Below are positions 36,687 to 56,700 of a DNA stretch of 64,000 nt, piece after piece. The notes below the pieces were generated by a model. That model made no database searches. It saw only the letters and a list, made by a program, of their open reading frames with translations, and had not been told where the DNA came from. The stretch covers positions 1,054,001 to 1,118,000 of the forward strand of contig NW_026940997.1 of the NCBI RefSeq assembly GCF_032062105.1. Reading direction: 5' to 3'. This DNA comes from Saccostrea cucullata (taxonomy: Eukaryota). A program made the position numbers and the translations under genes. Within the stretch, counting starts at the first letter, position 1, and the number at the start of each line of letters is the position of its first letter.

Positions 36687-38888
36687 GGGTGTTGCTAAAA
36701 CGCGGAACGGAAAGCGGAACGGAACGGAAAACGGAAAATAAATGTGAAGCAAATAACCTTGATTCGATATAAATCAGACATAAAAAGCATTATTCATGAT
36801 ATAAAAGTCATACATAATGAAAAATTATCGTAAAATATGATATATTCATGAATCATGAGCTCCTCAGAACTTGCACATGTACATGCGATGGTCAATGAAA
36901 TACATATTGTGATAGATGTACAATATACTTACTAGACTCAAATCCTGAGTATCAATCTGTCAAACGTTTCTTTCAAATTATTTTTTTGAGAATGCTCATT
37001 TATAAACAAAAAATCTTGTTCTGAAATAGGTTGAAGGAAAAAAGACTACTAGTAAGTATACAATACAGTTATACGCATTTGGCGAATCCAGGAATCTTGA
37101 AAAGGAGGGCAGCTAACGTCGAAGTAGGTGCCCTAACTCACACAAGAAATTGATTTATTAATTGAATCTTGTTTATATTTTGGTCACAGAAAGGAGAGGG
37201 GTCTGGTCCCCTATAAATTCACGAGTGGTATGATATGCAAATTGAGAAATTTAAATATGAATTTATAGCTGAAATATAAGAAAACGTTTCTTACAAAGGA
37301 ATTTAATAGGATGTTTTTTCCCTTTAATTGCAACTTTTCAGACCTGAGCGGAAGAAAAAACTCTAAATGTTTAACGGTCGGGGTCATACCCCCCCCCCCT
37401 CCCTCCTTCCAAAAAATCACACTCTAACTTCATTGAATGTAAAGATGATATATTAATTTTACTACAATTAAGATTTACAACTCTATCTCTCCAAGAATTC
37501 AGTTGACAGGAAGCGATTCTATTTTTTATAAAATTTAACAACCAGTTTTACAATCCAGGCACGTAGCAACATTTCCCCAACATTACATTTACTATTGAAA
37601 ATATCCATTGAAATTTTGGTAGCCCCCCCCCCCCCCCACTTCCTAGCACAGTATAGTGATATCAAAAAAATGTAGTATTGTATGCAAAAAAATTGGAAGT
37701 GAAAGGAAGTTGATGAAAAAAGTTGGACATCCCCCCCCCCCCCCCGAAATACAGTTTTCGGCTTTTAATATTCTTTTTTTTTCTTTTTGCTTGTCAACTT
37801 TTACAGGTAATCCAAAAAATGTTTTTCTCTGGTTAGCCCCCCCCTCAACTTTCAAAAACGATGCTACGTGCCTGCAATCGAAGTGTTTATAGTGTTTATT
37901 CGGGCTTGCCGGAAAGGGGTGCTCTAATAGTGATCTTAAGATTTATTTTTACTTTTTATTTTTCTTACCAATTACCATTATTCATTTAGATACCAAATAT
38001 TGCCCCCCCCCCTCAACTGTTTACCAAATATAACGTTTTTACTATAGAAATGTTCATTGAAACCCCCAACTCTTTCTGTCTGTTAAATTAATGTAGTAAG
38101 TTGGTGTAAAAAATAGTACTTAAAGAAATTGGAGTTGGAATTTATAACACAAGTGAACTTGTGATGAAAATTTATTTTAACGAAAGTCAAGCAGTAAAAA
38201 AAATAAAAGTTTGTATTTTGAAAATGAATCAATTGAAGTCAAATAAAACAAAGACAAGTTGTAATGCTAACACACGGACACACACACAAACGTTTTGGTC
38301 ACTCGGAATAGTCCAGAGTAAAAACTGTGTGTTTTGATGACGGAATGTATACATCTGATATTCTGTTTTGGATTGTCCACGGCGGATTTACTCTCTGAAA
38401 CCACATACGAGATTCACTCAAACTTCAATTAACACATTTACGCAATTATCACACATTTAATACAATTTTATAAGGATTTTATTGAATTCCTTATATATAT
38501 ATTATGAGAAAATTTTTACTGTCTAAACATTAATTGACTGATAAATAATTTTCGACATATGTTAAAAAACAGGAATTAAAAATAAGTCTTTTAATAAATT
38601 AAAATTCTGTTACATTTTAAATAAATTTAGTAAAATTTACTTTGTGACATTTATATAATTGTCTTTTTTGAATGTAAAGACTTTTTTATAACATATAAAA
38701 AGCGATGCTACGTCACTACAATATCAGCGGTTTTCGTAAGAGACTTAACATGACTAAATCAATTTGTACTTATTAAAAAGTGATTAAATATGTATAACAT
38801 ACATCGTTTCTGAGAAAATTTATGTATTTTAAATGATTTAATCGAAAATAATATTTTCCGTTTTCCGTTCCGCGTTTTAGCAACACCC
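36687..38888. mobile_element. Non-autonomous TIR transposon with 9-bp TSD (Mutator/MULE-like), 2.2 kb, inserted in a Penelope-like RT
   Basis: TIRs gggtgttgctaaaacgcggaacggaaa / tttccgttccgcgttttagcaacaccc; TSD catgtcagc at 36678-36686 and 38889-38897; the host RT 3' sequence resumes at 38898 and runs into the tail to about 39130. Confidence 0.85.
37556..37874. mobile_element. Nested MITE with 5-bp TSD
   Basis: caatc|caggcacgtagca ... tgctacgtgcctg|caatc; internal poly-C tracts. Confidence 0.75.
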
Positions 38889-40149
38889 CATGTCAGCAAA
38901 TACAATCTATCATTAAGTCAAATGCTGACTGACATTTTTCATACTAATTGCAAGGCCATTATTTACACACTAAATTATCAATTTTTTATTTTACATGTAT
39001 TTAAATGTGACAAGAAGTTCTCGGCGGGTATGACCAATCGGTAGAGGATGCTCACTCCTCCATGGCACCTGATCCTACCTCCGATGTTTGGGGGATCAGT
39101 GTTTGCCCTACTCCAAAATCTGTATTGTATAATACAAGTACAATTAGTGAAGTTCTGAGCATTGTCCCTTTTTAATTCATATCAAATCATATCATATCTA
39201 TACTACGGAATACCCATTTGGCTAGTATGTACGTCACTATTCCACCATCATGGTTTGGGTCGATGGCGCAATAATGCAATGACGATGGTGCGATAGTGCA
39301 GCAATGACACAATGGTTTGTTTGTTTATTGTTTAACGTACCTCTCGAGAATTTTAACTAATATTGAGACACCAACACTTGTGGAAAGCTGCAAATTGTCT
39401 CCTAAACTCGGAACTTACGGTCATTGAGCAGTGAGGGATCTTTTACGTGCCAGTACCTATACATGGTAATAATGCTAGAAGCCGATGACGAAAACGCTAC
39501 GGTGATATGACGACGTAAGACGACATGATTCTCAATCGTGCATTCCCATTCTTGTCAGTGGACTTTCACTCCATCGCGTCATCGTACCATTGCGTCTTTG
39601 CACTATCGACTCGAAAGTCGATGCATCAATACATGGTGCAATAGTAAACTAGACGTACGTGCGTGACGCTATGATAAAACCGCTAATGATAAAACGCCGC
39701 TTTATGATAGAAATATCATCAGGGCAACGCTTATTGTAATTAATCATTGCATGAATAGTTGACATTCTCAACCGCTGAATGATTTTTTTCATAAAGCGGC
39801 AATATAGCATTAGAGTTTGAGATTGTCGACTATTAATGCAATAATTTATGGCAGTGTTGCAGTTGCAACGCTTAATCATATTTATATTATAAATCAAAGT
39901 TGACAAAAATAAAAATATCGACCAGAATAACCAATTTCATGAATCTTGATTTTGTTAATTTTTCTTATATTTGGAGTCAAAAACCAAGGCGCGTGTGGAT
40001 GCTAAACATAGACAAAAAAATTAGAATGGCCTAACAACTTAACAATATGACAAATGGGATGATTTCGACTGTTTTTTGCCATCAGCTTTCCATATTTATG
40101 TAGAACATTCCACAAAATTACAGGCATAATCTGTTTTTGTCTCCAGATG

Positions 40150-40460
40150 AAATATAAAAAAAAATGTACAATAAGCAAGTCCATAAGGCCATTTAAACAA
40201 TACAAATCGGGAGCAGAGCAAACAAGGACCTCCAACATCAGAGGTGGGATCAGGTGCCATGAAAGAGTAAGCATCTCCTGCCGTGTGCTCCCTATTATGA
40301 ACGGAATGAACCATACTGACACTGTAGTTTGAAAAAAATGGCCTAAAAATTGCAGATAAACGTCAGTTAAAATTAGACTTTATGATAGATTCTATTTTCT
40401 GAGGTCATTGTATCGACCATAGAATTTGCAAAATGTTGACTTTAAACAAGACTTATGATA
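40150..40460 (-). mobile_element. Penelope-like 3' end
   Basis: ggacctccaacatcagaggtgggatcaggtgccat tail and gtcattgtatcgaccatagaa (FYGRYND). Confidence 0.7.
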
Positions 40461-42604
40461 TATAAGAAAACTAGGTACTACATTTCCCTATGATTGCAAT
40501 GACCAGTTAGAGAACCTTTCAAGCCCTGGTGATATGAATGTTAAAAAAAAGATTCAATTAGAGGCAGAAATTCATTTCTAATGTAAATCTTCTAAAGTGA
40601 TGATGCAATATCAACAGAAAATTTAACTGTATGAACACATTAATAGGACAGTATCCACTGGTGGGAAAACATAAACAAACAAAATTATAATTTAAAAATC
40701 ATTTTTCTGAAACATATCTTCAGATATTAATTTAGTATTTTATATGTAGAGGCATAAGAGAGAGGAATAGTTACAACTCATTAGGACAAACAACTACTTG
40801 TTACAATTGCATGAACTGGACAAAAATGTAAACAGTATTTAAACAACAAATAAATTAAAAAAAAAAACAAAAAAAACAAAACAAATACGTGTACTTAAAT
40901 AAATAAAATAAATAAATGATAAGTCAAAGACACATATTACAATATACATTCTATTTCCTTATTGATAATAAAGGTGGTTTAAATCGCCTAATGATGAAAG
41001 GTAATTAATAAATTAATTTAAACTTAATATAATAGTAAGTACATATATATTCAACATTAAATTTCAAGAATATACTCGTTTTAAGACATGCACTTTGAAA
41101 AAAAAATAAAATAAAAAGATGTTGATTTTTTTTTCCATTTTTAAAAGCATATTTCAAAAATTGTTTTAAATTAATTCAGAACAGATATGAACTATACATA
41201 AGAAGAACAGACCATAAAAAGGTTTACTTTAAATGTTGCAGCACTTTTGTATATAGACTAGACAAGTGTTAATGTCACCACTACAGCAAAATGGCATGTT
41301 CTCTACAACAGAGGTCAGATATTGAGCAAACCTAAGCTCTTGGATGGTATGTGTTAAAAATAGAATATTAAATATCCATGTACACATACATGAATGTCAT
41401 AAAAATACTGGGCAAGCAGACAAAATACCAGTTTAACTATATGACATAGACCAAATGATATAACATTCTTTAAAATTTTAATTTAATAAAAAAAAATATC
41501 AAGTATTATTATAAAATTTGACTATTTTAATTTGACCTCATTCAACAAGTCAATTTTTGTCTTCTATTTCTTTAAGGTTAATCATTATTTTACAATATAT
41601 ATCAATATGTCACATTAAACATTACACAATTAAATTCCAAGTATGAAATATATATTCTTAACCCTGTATATAAAACATCATTTTCTTATAATTTAACAAA
41701 ATTAAAATTCATTTATATCATAACTGCAATAACAGTACAAATGTGTACAACTTTTATCATAATTTCTAATACACATGTACATGTAAATTCAAATAACAAA
41801 AACAAATTGGGGGAGTGCTTAACGGTGAAATTCATGAAATCAATATTGAGTGCATACATCATTTAAACATCTTATCACAATATAAGGGTAAACATATACA
41901 TTCATGTTTGCCTTCACTCTACTATCACAGACAATCAGAATAAAATGAACAAAGGTTGTCCCAGAAAAATGCTGACATTTAATGTACTTTTTGTTGCCCT
42001 AATAGAATAAAGTTCAATTAAGGAATACTCTGTACCCAGAATTGAGAAAAGTTAACAGAGAAACAGATATACAGATGGCAGGATAATTCAGAAAAGCTCA
42101 CTTGAACTTTGGTTCTGGGACAACCTTCGTACATATGTTGCAAATAAAAGATCATTTTCAAAACAACAACAAAAATATTTAACAAAAATACCTGATCTTA
42201 TGTACTTCAGAATTTAAAAAAATGTACTGAGCAATTAGTGGTGGTCTTGAATTCATAAAAATATATTGTATTGTGCAAGAGAGGCAGTTTTTCTAACAAA
42301 TCTAAATCTTCTCTCAAGAGATCAACCAAAAACAATCCACAGCTGGGTTTGCTGAAGTTGGATAAGAGTCATTCACCATAAATAAACCATACACACTGTG
42401 ATTAACAAAATCTGTATGGAAATTGTTCTTTCCTATCAAATATAATAATCTGCCATCAGAATAACTTATCAGTCTATCATTATTGGGTAAAGTTTACAGC
42501 TTTTGGGCATGCATATATAGAGGTAACTAAAGTGGAGTAAAGACAAGACTTTAGTTAGCGATGACAAATCCCCAATAAACATTTTGTAGCAGTGTCCCTC
42601 ATGT

Positions 42605-49706
<7,102 letters not shown>

Positions 49707-50239
49707 TTATCTACATATAATTCATCACAAATAAAATTCAGCTAGGTCTCCTTTGGGAATTCTCTTAAAAATTATTTTGAAAATAATTAAGAGTTATCCA
49801 TGCAATATTTTAATTAACTCAGAATGTGATAGATTTGGCTTAAAATCAATCAGTTTGCACAATTTTATACTTATATATTTAGAGAGTGAAATTAGCATAC
49901 AAACAAGATCAATATATAAAGTCAATGTCTGGAAATGAAAAGATTGGTATTTATAAATCTTCTGTAGGTGCAAATAATCAAAATGTTTGTGGATTAACAG
50001 AAAGTATATAAAGAATGTCATTCATCGCTGATAAAACATTTCCTGAATTAAACATATGAATCTGATTGAAATTTCATTTGAGATTCTCTATAAGCGTTGA
50101 CATGACTTGTAATGCTTGACAAATAATAACAGACAATATCCACACAACTTTAACAAATAAAAACAGACAATACCAAATGGCACTTTAAGCGAGTGGTGAT
50201 TTAAATGATCATGTGTATTCTATATTCGACATCGTCAGT

Positions 50240-50730
50240 CTTTACCAATCTTTTTACCAGTGATTGTAAATTTGTTCAATTAAGCAAGATTTAGCGCACC
50301 AAATCCACAGCACTGCTACAGATAAAGTTGCTATTTACTTCATGGTGTCGATAAAAAGACGTGTCATAGTGTCGCCCTACGGTAAATGACCCGTTTCCTT
50401 TGTAAACAATTCCCTGGTTACCGCGTACTTTGTGCCTCCATTTTTGTATGGAAATCTATTTCAAGCAGCAAAAGTAATCATAACAGTGACAGTAAACATG
50501 ACTTGAAAGCGAGGGTATTGATTCCCACTTAAAGCACGTTTTAATTATTTGGTCATACATGCACAAAGCAGCACAATTTGTAATAAATGTGTATATGAGT
50601 TTCGTGAACTTCATTTACTAAAGAAATATCAAATTATTTTTAGCACATATGCTGTTCCATAATTATTACAGAAAACCGGAAGTTAAAGTGCTCGTTCTTC
50701 AACGTAGAGAGGTAGAAAAATGACAACGCT
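50240..50730. promoter_or_regulatory. Probable bidirectional promoter between ZNF474-like and ULK3
   Basis: Divergent start codons about 1 kb apart; locally CpG-richer; ETS motif ACCGGAAGT 50675-50683; forkhead GTAAACAA 50402-50409 next to X-box-like ATTCCCTGGTTAC 50409-50421. Confidence 0.55.
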
Positions 50731-53700
50731 ATGTCTCGGCCAACTTCGGGAAGACCAACAACTGCAAAAACTGTACCCGTAGTAGTTCCAAAGCTTTCTG
50801 GATACGTGTTTTCCGAAAAATTAGGAAGTGGTACTTATGCTACAGTTTACAAAGCTTATAGAAAGGTGCGATTTGTTTTGTGTATTGGTCAGGTCGATAT
50901 GTCGTTTATGTCAGGTGATACTGACTAGTGGGCATCTTTTTCGTCTGCTAGAATTTTATTTCAGAATTGAAACAAAGGTGCTTGAATGATTAACAATAGA
51001 TGAACTGATGAATGGAGAACATTTATCAATATCTGATTTTTTTCTTTGCTAATAAACTTAAAAGAAAATGGAACATAAAGCTCGTGTATCACAAACTAAA
51101 TATTTATAATATACTTCTGACTCAATATATATATACAATTCATTTAAGGCCATCCTTAAAAAATTTATTTCCAGCGCCTGAAGGGTTTCAGACACATGAA
51201 AATATTTTTTTTTTAAATTGCAGATAATTTTTTTATTAAAATCTCAGTAAACAGTAAATACATTTTCTGATTTTAAAAAAATAACCATCAACAAAAAAAG
51301 TGAATTTTCAAATATCTATATTTCAGTGTTTTGTATCTGCATGTGATACATGTAATGGGCAAGAAAATTGATTAAATAAAACACACAATCTTTCCTACTT
51401 TTGGTCAATAAATTTTTTTCAGGAGGTGGGCATTTCAATGAGGTGGGAGGCAATTCCAAACAAACTATAATTTTATTTTGGCCTAACATTAGATTATCAG
51501 ATTATTTCCAGCGGATGTCATACATGCATATTTTTTATCTGTTAACGATATCTGTCTTCTTCTTTTGTATTCTCCTCACTTTTCATTAAATAACCTAAAG
51601 TGAATTTCAAATATCTATTTTCCCATTTACTCTCCCTCTGACCTCTTGTGCATGCGACACACACTCTTTCCACCTCATTAGAATCAGAATGGAATATCAA
51701 TTTTAACAGAGAAATGATCCACTTACTTTCCTTTTACTAAAGTAAATATCATACCCAGCCATTGTAAATACACAAAATTCTATAATATTCTATTTATCAT
51801 ATCATTTCAGAGTGAATGCAGACAAGTAGTAGCTATAAAATGTGTTATGAAAAGTTCATTAAATAAAGCATCTACTGAAAATCTCCTGACTGAGATAGAG
51901 CTACTGAAGAAGTTAAAGCATGAAAACATTGTCAGACTTGAGGATTTCCAGGTAAATAGACTCATATATTAATGATAAAACATATATAAAGTGTTGTCAT
52001 TTTCTAGATTATTAAATTGAACTATATACAGTGTACTTATTTTTTATTAATATGTTGTTTAATCAACATATGCATTCTTCATTTTTTTCTTTTACAATTA
52101 ATGTTTTTATACTTAAAGCCAATACTAAGTATTTAGAATATAAAATTAACTGCTGTTCCCCTCAGTGAATAAAAAAAATACTATTTTATAGAAATCACAA
52201 AGTGACAGTACATATATAAAACAGTAAATTCAATAAACTGACAGGATATGAAACAAGTGATTATAAGATAAAATAAGGAGCAAAAAATAGAGTGAAGGAT
52301 GAGTATATAATTTACTATAATACAATAAATGCCATGGGATTTCCCCCATTTTTTAATGCCAATATAACACTCCTTTTTCAGTGGGATGACCAGTACATTT
52401 ATCTTATCATGGAGTACTGTAGTGGAGGAGATCTTTCAAACTTCATCCGATCAAAAAGAACTTTACCAGAAAATATTCTCAAAAGATTTTTACAGCAGAT
52501 AGGTATGCATATATGAGGGTTAATCCAAAAGTAATGTCACTGTGTCAATATCTTTAATATTTGACGTCATTTTATCAAATATAACATACTGTATACAGGG
52601 AAATTTTCGCCCCCGTTTTATTTTCGCCCCATTCGCCCTCGTTGGAAGTGGGCGAATTTAAAACATTATATTTTAAGTAACAGTATAATATCTTAAACAA
52701 ATATCTTTTTGGGTGAATTTAAAACGGGGCTAAACTTGTTTCCGAATGTGAAAGGGCGAAAATAACCCTGTATACAGTACCAAAAGATGCATAAAAATAA
52801 ATCTAATCAAAATTGAAAATTTCCTTTAATGATGTTTATTTGAATTAATTTTATAGACGTTTGAAATATTAAACGTAAGGGGTGTCGCTGCGTCACAATA
52901 AACATGTTTTAAGTTGTGTAAATTGTTAGAATTAAAAAAGACAAACACATTAAAAAGCATCAAAAAAACATCTAATCTTCCAATATTTTAAAAGACAAAA
53001 TTTTACGACATTTTTTGTCTTAAGCAAAATAAAGTGACGTCATTGCTTTTTGATCATAAACATAGTTCAACATGGATTGAACAAAAGAAATGTCTATGGA
53101 GAAAAACCACTGAAACGATCTGTAATGCGTTTTTGCTTCAAAATGAGGAAATCGCCCGTAGAAACAGTTACGATGAGAAGTATATCATTCGATATTTTGA
53201 GAAGTATACATCATTTCAATTTGATTTTTTCAGGACTGATTTGTAATATATATAGCTTTGAACAATTATAATTTCGTTAATTTACGTTGACTAGTAGCAT
53301 TTTTAACGAAGTTGTGGCATTACTTTTGGATCAACCCTTGTATATGCATCTACATATTCAAGTACATGCAGATGGTCTATGAAAATAAACATAAACAGTT
53401 CTTATTTAACGGTTGAAAATGTTTAACATTATATTTTAAGATAAACAAACTCGATATTAAATTCCTTGTTGTTTGCAGAAGAAATCACAAGTAAATACTG
53501 GTACCTTTTATTTTACAAATACCAGGTACCTGTATTAATAATTTTTACACCAAAGAGCTGTATTTTTTAGATTACCGGTATATTTTGTTGTGAAAATGAG
53601 GCATTAAATTGAATGATATATAGTTGTGTGTGTCTGCATTTTTAAAATTTATTTTTTTGCATGTTTACACATTAAGAAAATCTGTTTATTGTAATATTTG

Positions 53701-56700
53701 ATCAAAAGAAGGAGTTGTGACTCATGAAATATGGTATTTTATACATGTAATACCGGTGCATGTAGTTTATATTTAAACAAGATGACATATTTGTTTCTTT
53801 TAGCAAAAGCCATGCAGTACCTGTATGAATTTAACATAGCACACATGGACCTTAAACCCCAGAATATACTATTAACATCTCACTTGAATCCAACTGTTAA
53901 AATTGGAGGTAATTATATGAAGATAAATATTATTTGCGATACACATTAAACTAATCAAAAGATAGTTTTCAACAGATGTAAATTTAAATCTAGCAAGAGT
54001 TATATCCCACTGGTGCCATATTGAAGGTCAACATGCTTAGATTCCTAAAATCATAATTCCACCAATTTTAATTTGTCATACCTGACCACTGGAATTGTAA
54101 AAAACTGATCTACATAACTTTATATGGATCTCCAACTTTTATGTATAAATGCATGCAGAGCGGATGTCCAAGATGGCACCAAGGGGAATAACTTTGAAGA
54201 AAATATGTCACACAAAAGTTTTTACTCAGAAACACACAAAAAAACACCAAAAAATATAAATACTTCCTTTCAGAAATAATAAATTTACTGTCTTACATCA
54301 GAAATTAACTTGATTACCTTTCAGATTTTGGTTTTTCCAAACACTTGTTCCAAGGAGATGAGCTGCATACTTTGAGAGGGTCTCCATTATACATGGCTCC
54401 TGAGATTATCTGTAAAGGCAAATATGATTCCCGAGTTGATCTCTGGTCCATTGGAGTAATTATATATGGTATGTATGATGATAGTTTGTAGATGCTACTG
54501 TAAAAACTATCACAAATAAGGAGCATATTAAACATTGACTATATAAATTACTTGAAAAAATCATATCTTAATAGCAAGAATTTCCAACAAAAAATTTTAA
54601 TACACATGCACATCTAAATAAGAATAAATTTCATGCCATTGAAACCTGGAGGAGAGAGGGTTGCACAGATTTTGATGTTTTTCATACAATATTGTTAGAA
54701 TTGAAAAATATGGGTCATGGAATTCATATCTGCATCTTAGATTCAGCTAAGAAAATGTTCAATTTAGATTTATATGAAGGACAAATGGTATATATTGCTC
54801 CTGTTCTTTTATGCTTTGTTTGATTCTTTGGGCAACATGCATACATGTACTGCCAAATCGGGATCATGTTAATCTTTTTATACGCCCGTCTTAAGACGGG
54901 ACGTATTATGTTATAGGCTTTTCCGTCCGTCTGATGAAAAATTCGTGTCCGGCTCATAACTTCAATACTATTAGGCCTAGGATTATCAAACTTTGTCAAC
55001 TGATACTTCTTTGACGGTGTGTCGCGAACAAAAAGCATTTAGACCTTTATAAAGATGCTATGGCCAAATATGGAAAAATCCTGTTCGGCTTTAAGTAGAA
55101 AACTATTAGACCTAGAGCTATCAAACTTGGCAAAAGTATACATCTAAGGTAGAAGGTGTGTCGCGACCTATTTCAAGGTCACTGTGACCTTTAATTTTAG
55201 TGAAATTTTTAAAAAACTAAGTTTTTTAAATTTTAAATTTCATAATCCTAAAAATGTAAAAAATAGAGTTGTATCCTTATATTAAATCAAGTAAAAACTT
55301 ATTTTTTTCATCATATACTTTACTGTAATCTTAAACAAATTTCAATGTTAATGAGAGGAATTCAGTTTGTCCCATGGGCATAATTATCAAGCACTGGTCA
55401 AGAAGAATTTTGATAGCAGAAAGTTGCATGTCAAATTAGAGAGAAATTAATGAGTTTAGTGTGAGGAGGTAACTAGTAGAGCATTGTTGTTATCTATATC
55501 CCCTGGGTATTGGGCAAATGGACAGCCAGCCTAGCTGTTAGATTAAAAATAGCTCTTGTTGGCTAGCCTAAGTTTTAAAATGAATCTGATGAAAAGTAAT
55601 TCAAACTTATTTAATATTGCTTAATAAACTAAAATGATAATATATATTATAATTAATTAAAAATAATTTTATAGTGGGGTTACACATTTACTTGTCCGTA
55701 TGAATTTAAGCATAAAACCTGTCTGGCATTAAATCTAAAAAGAAATCATGAAGTATTTTATATGTTTTAAAAGTGTTTTAGGATAAAAAGTGCTGATCCA
55801 TTAATATTTAGGGAGTAATGAGTAGACAAGCATCCAGCCAAAGATTAATTAATTAGTTCAATGTAGGAAGGTTATCTGATCAAGCACTGCCTTATCTGTA
55901 TCCTTTGGGGATTAAACAGAAGAACTGCTGGTCAGTTTATAGCATATGTCATTTGATGGCCAGCCTTTGTAACAAAATTAATTTGGCATAGATTCAAAGT
56001 TGTTCAGACTAATTTGATATTGTTTATTATGATGCCAGCATTTGACAAAGTCTAACACAAACAGTATAGAAATCTATCAGTTATGTATTAATATTTGTTA
56101 TAATTATGCCTACAGCACAGGGGATTGATAAAGAAATATTTTTTTTAAAAATAGAAAAATCATGGAAATCTTAGAATCAAGGTTGACATATTTTCTTGCA
56201 CTCTAAACTGTTAAAGATAATTGTGTAAAATGGTGTATCATGACTGATGGCGTGGCACTTTATTTTCATAGTTTGGTCTGTGTGTAGGAATTAAAGATCT
56301 ATGAAAGGTTTTCTTTATTTAGATATAAAATCACAAATTTTCACTTTAAAGTTGTTGTTTAGTACATAAATTTCTTATACATGTACAGGTATGTGTATAG
56401 TCATGTAGTCTACATCTTGTAGAAGCTGTAAAATGTTACTGGTAAATTTATTTGAGGAAAAATTAGGTCTAAACCGAAATGCAGGAATGACAGTATGTAA
56501 TTTATTCTAGTACATACTTCTGTAAAGCAAGAATTGTAGAAGAATCATAGGGTGATAATAAATTTTATCAGGGTCATTTTGCCAAGGTTAAGATCTCAGC
56601 AATTTCAGTAGAAAGTATTGTTGTCCTCAGTAACAAGGTATTTCAGGAATTTCAGAACTGCAGAATTTTATCATCAGATCATATAGAAATATTCAAATTT

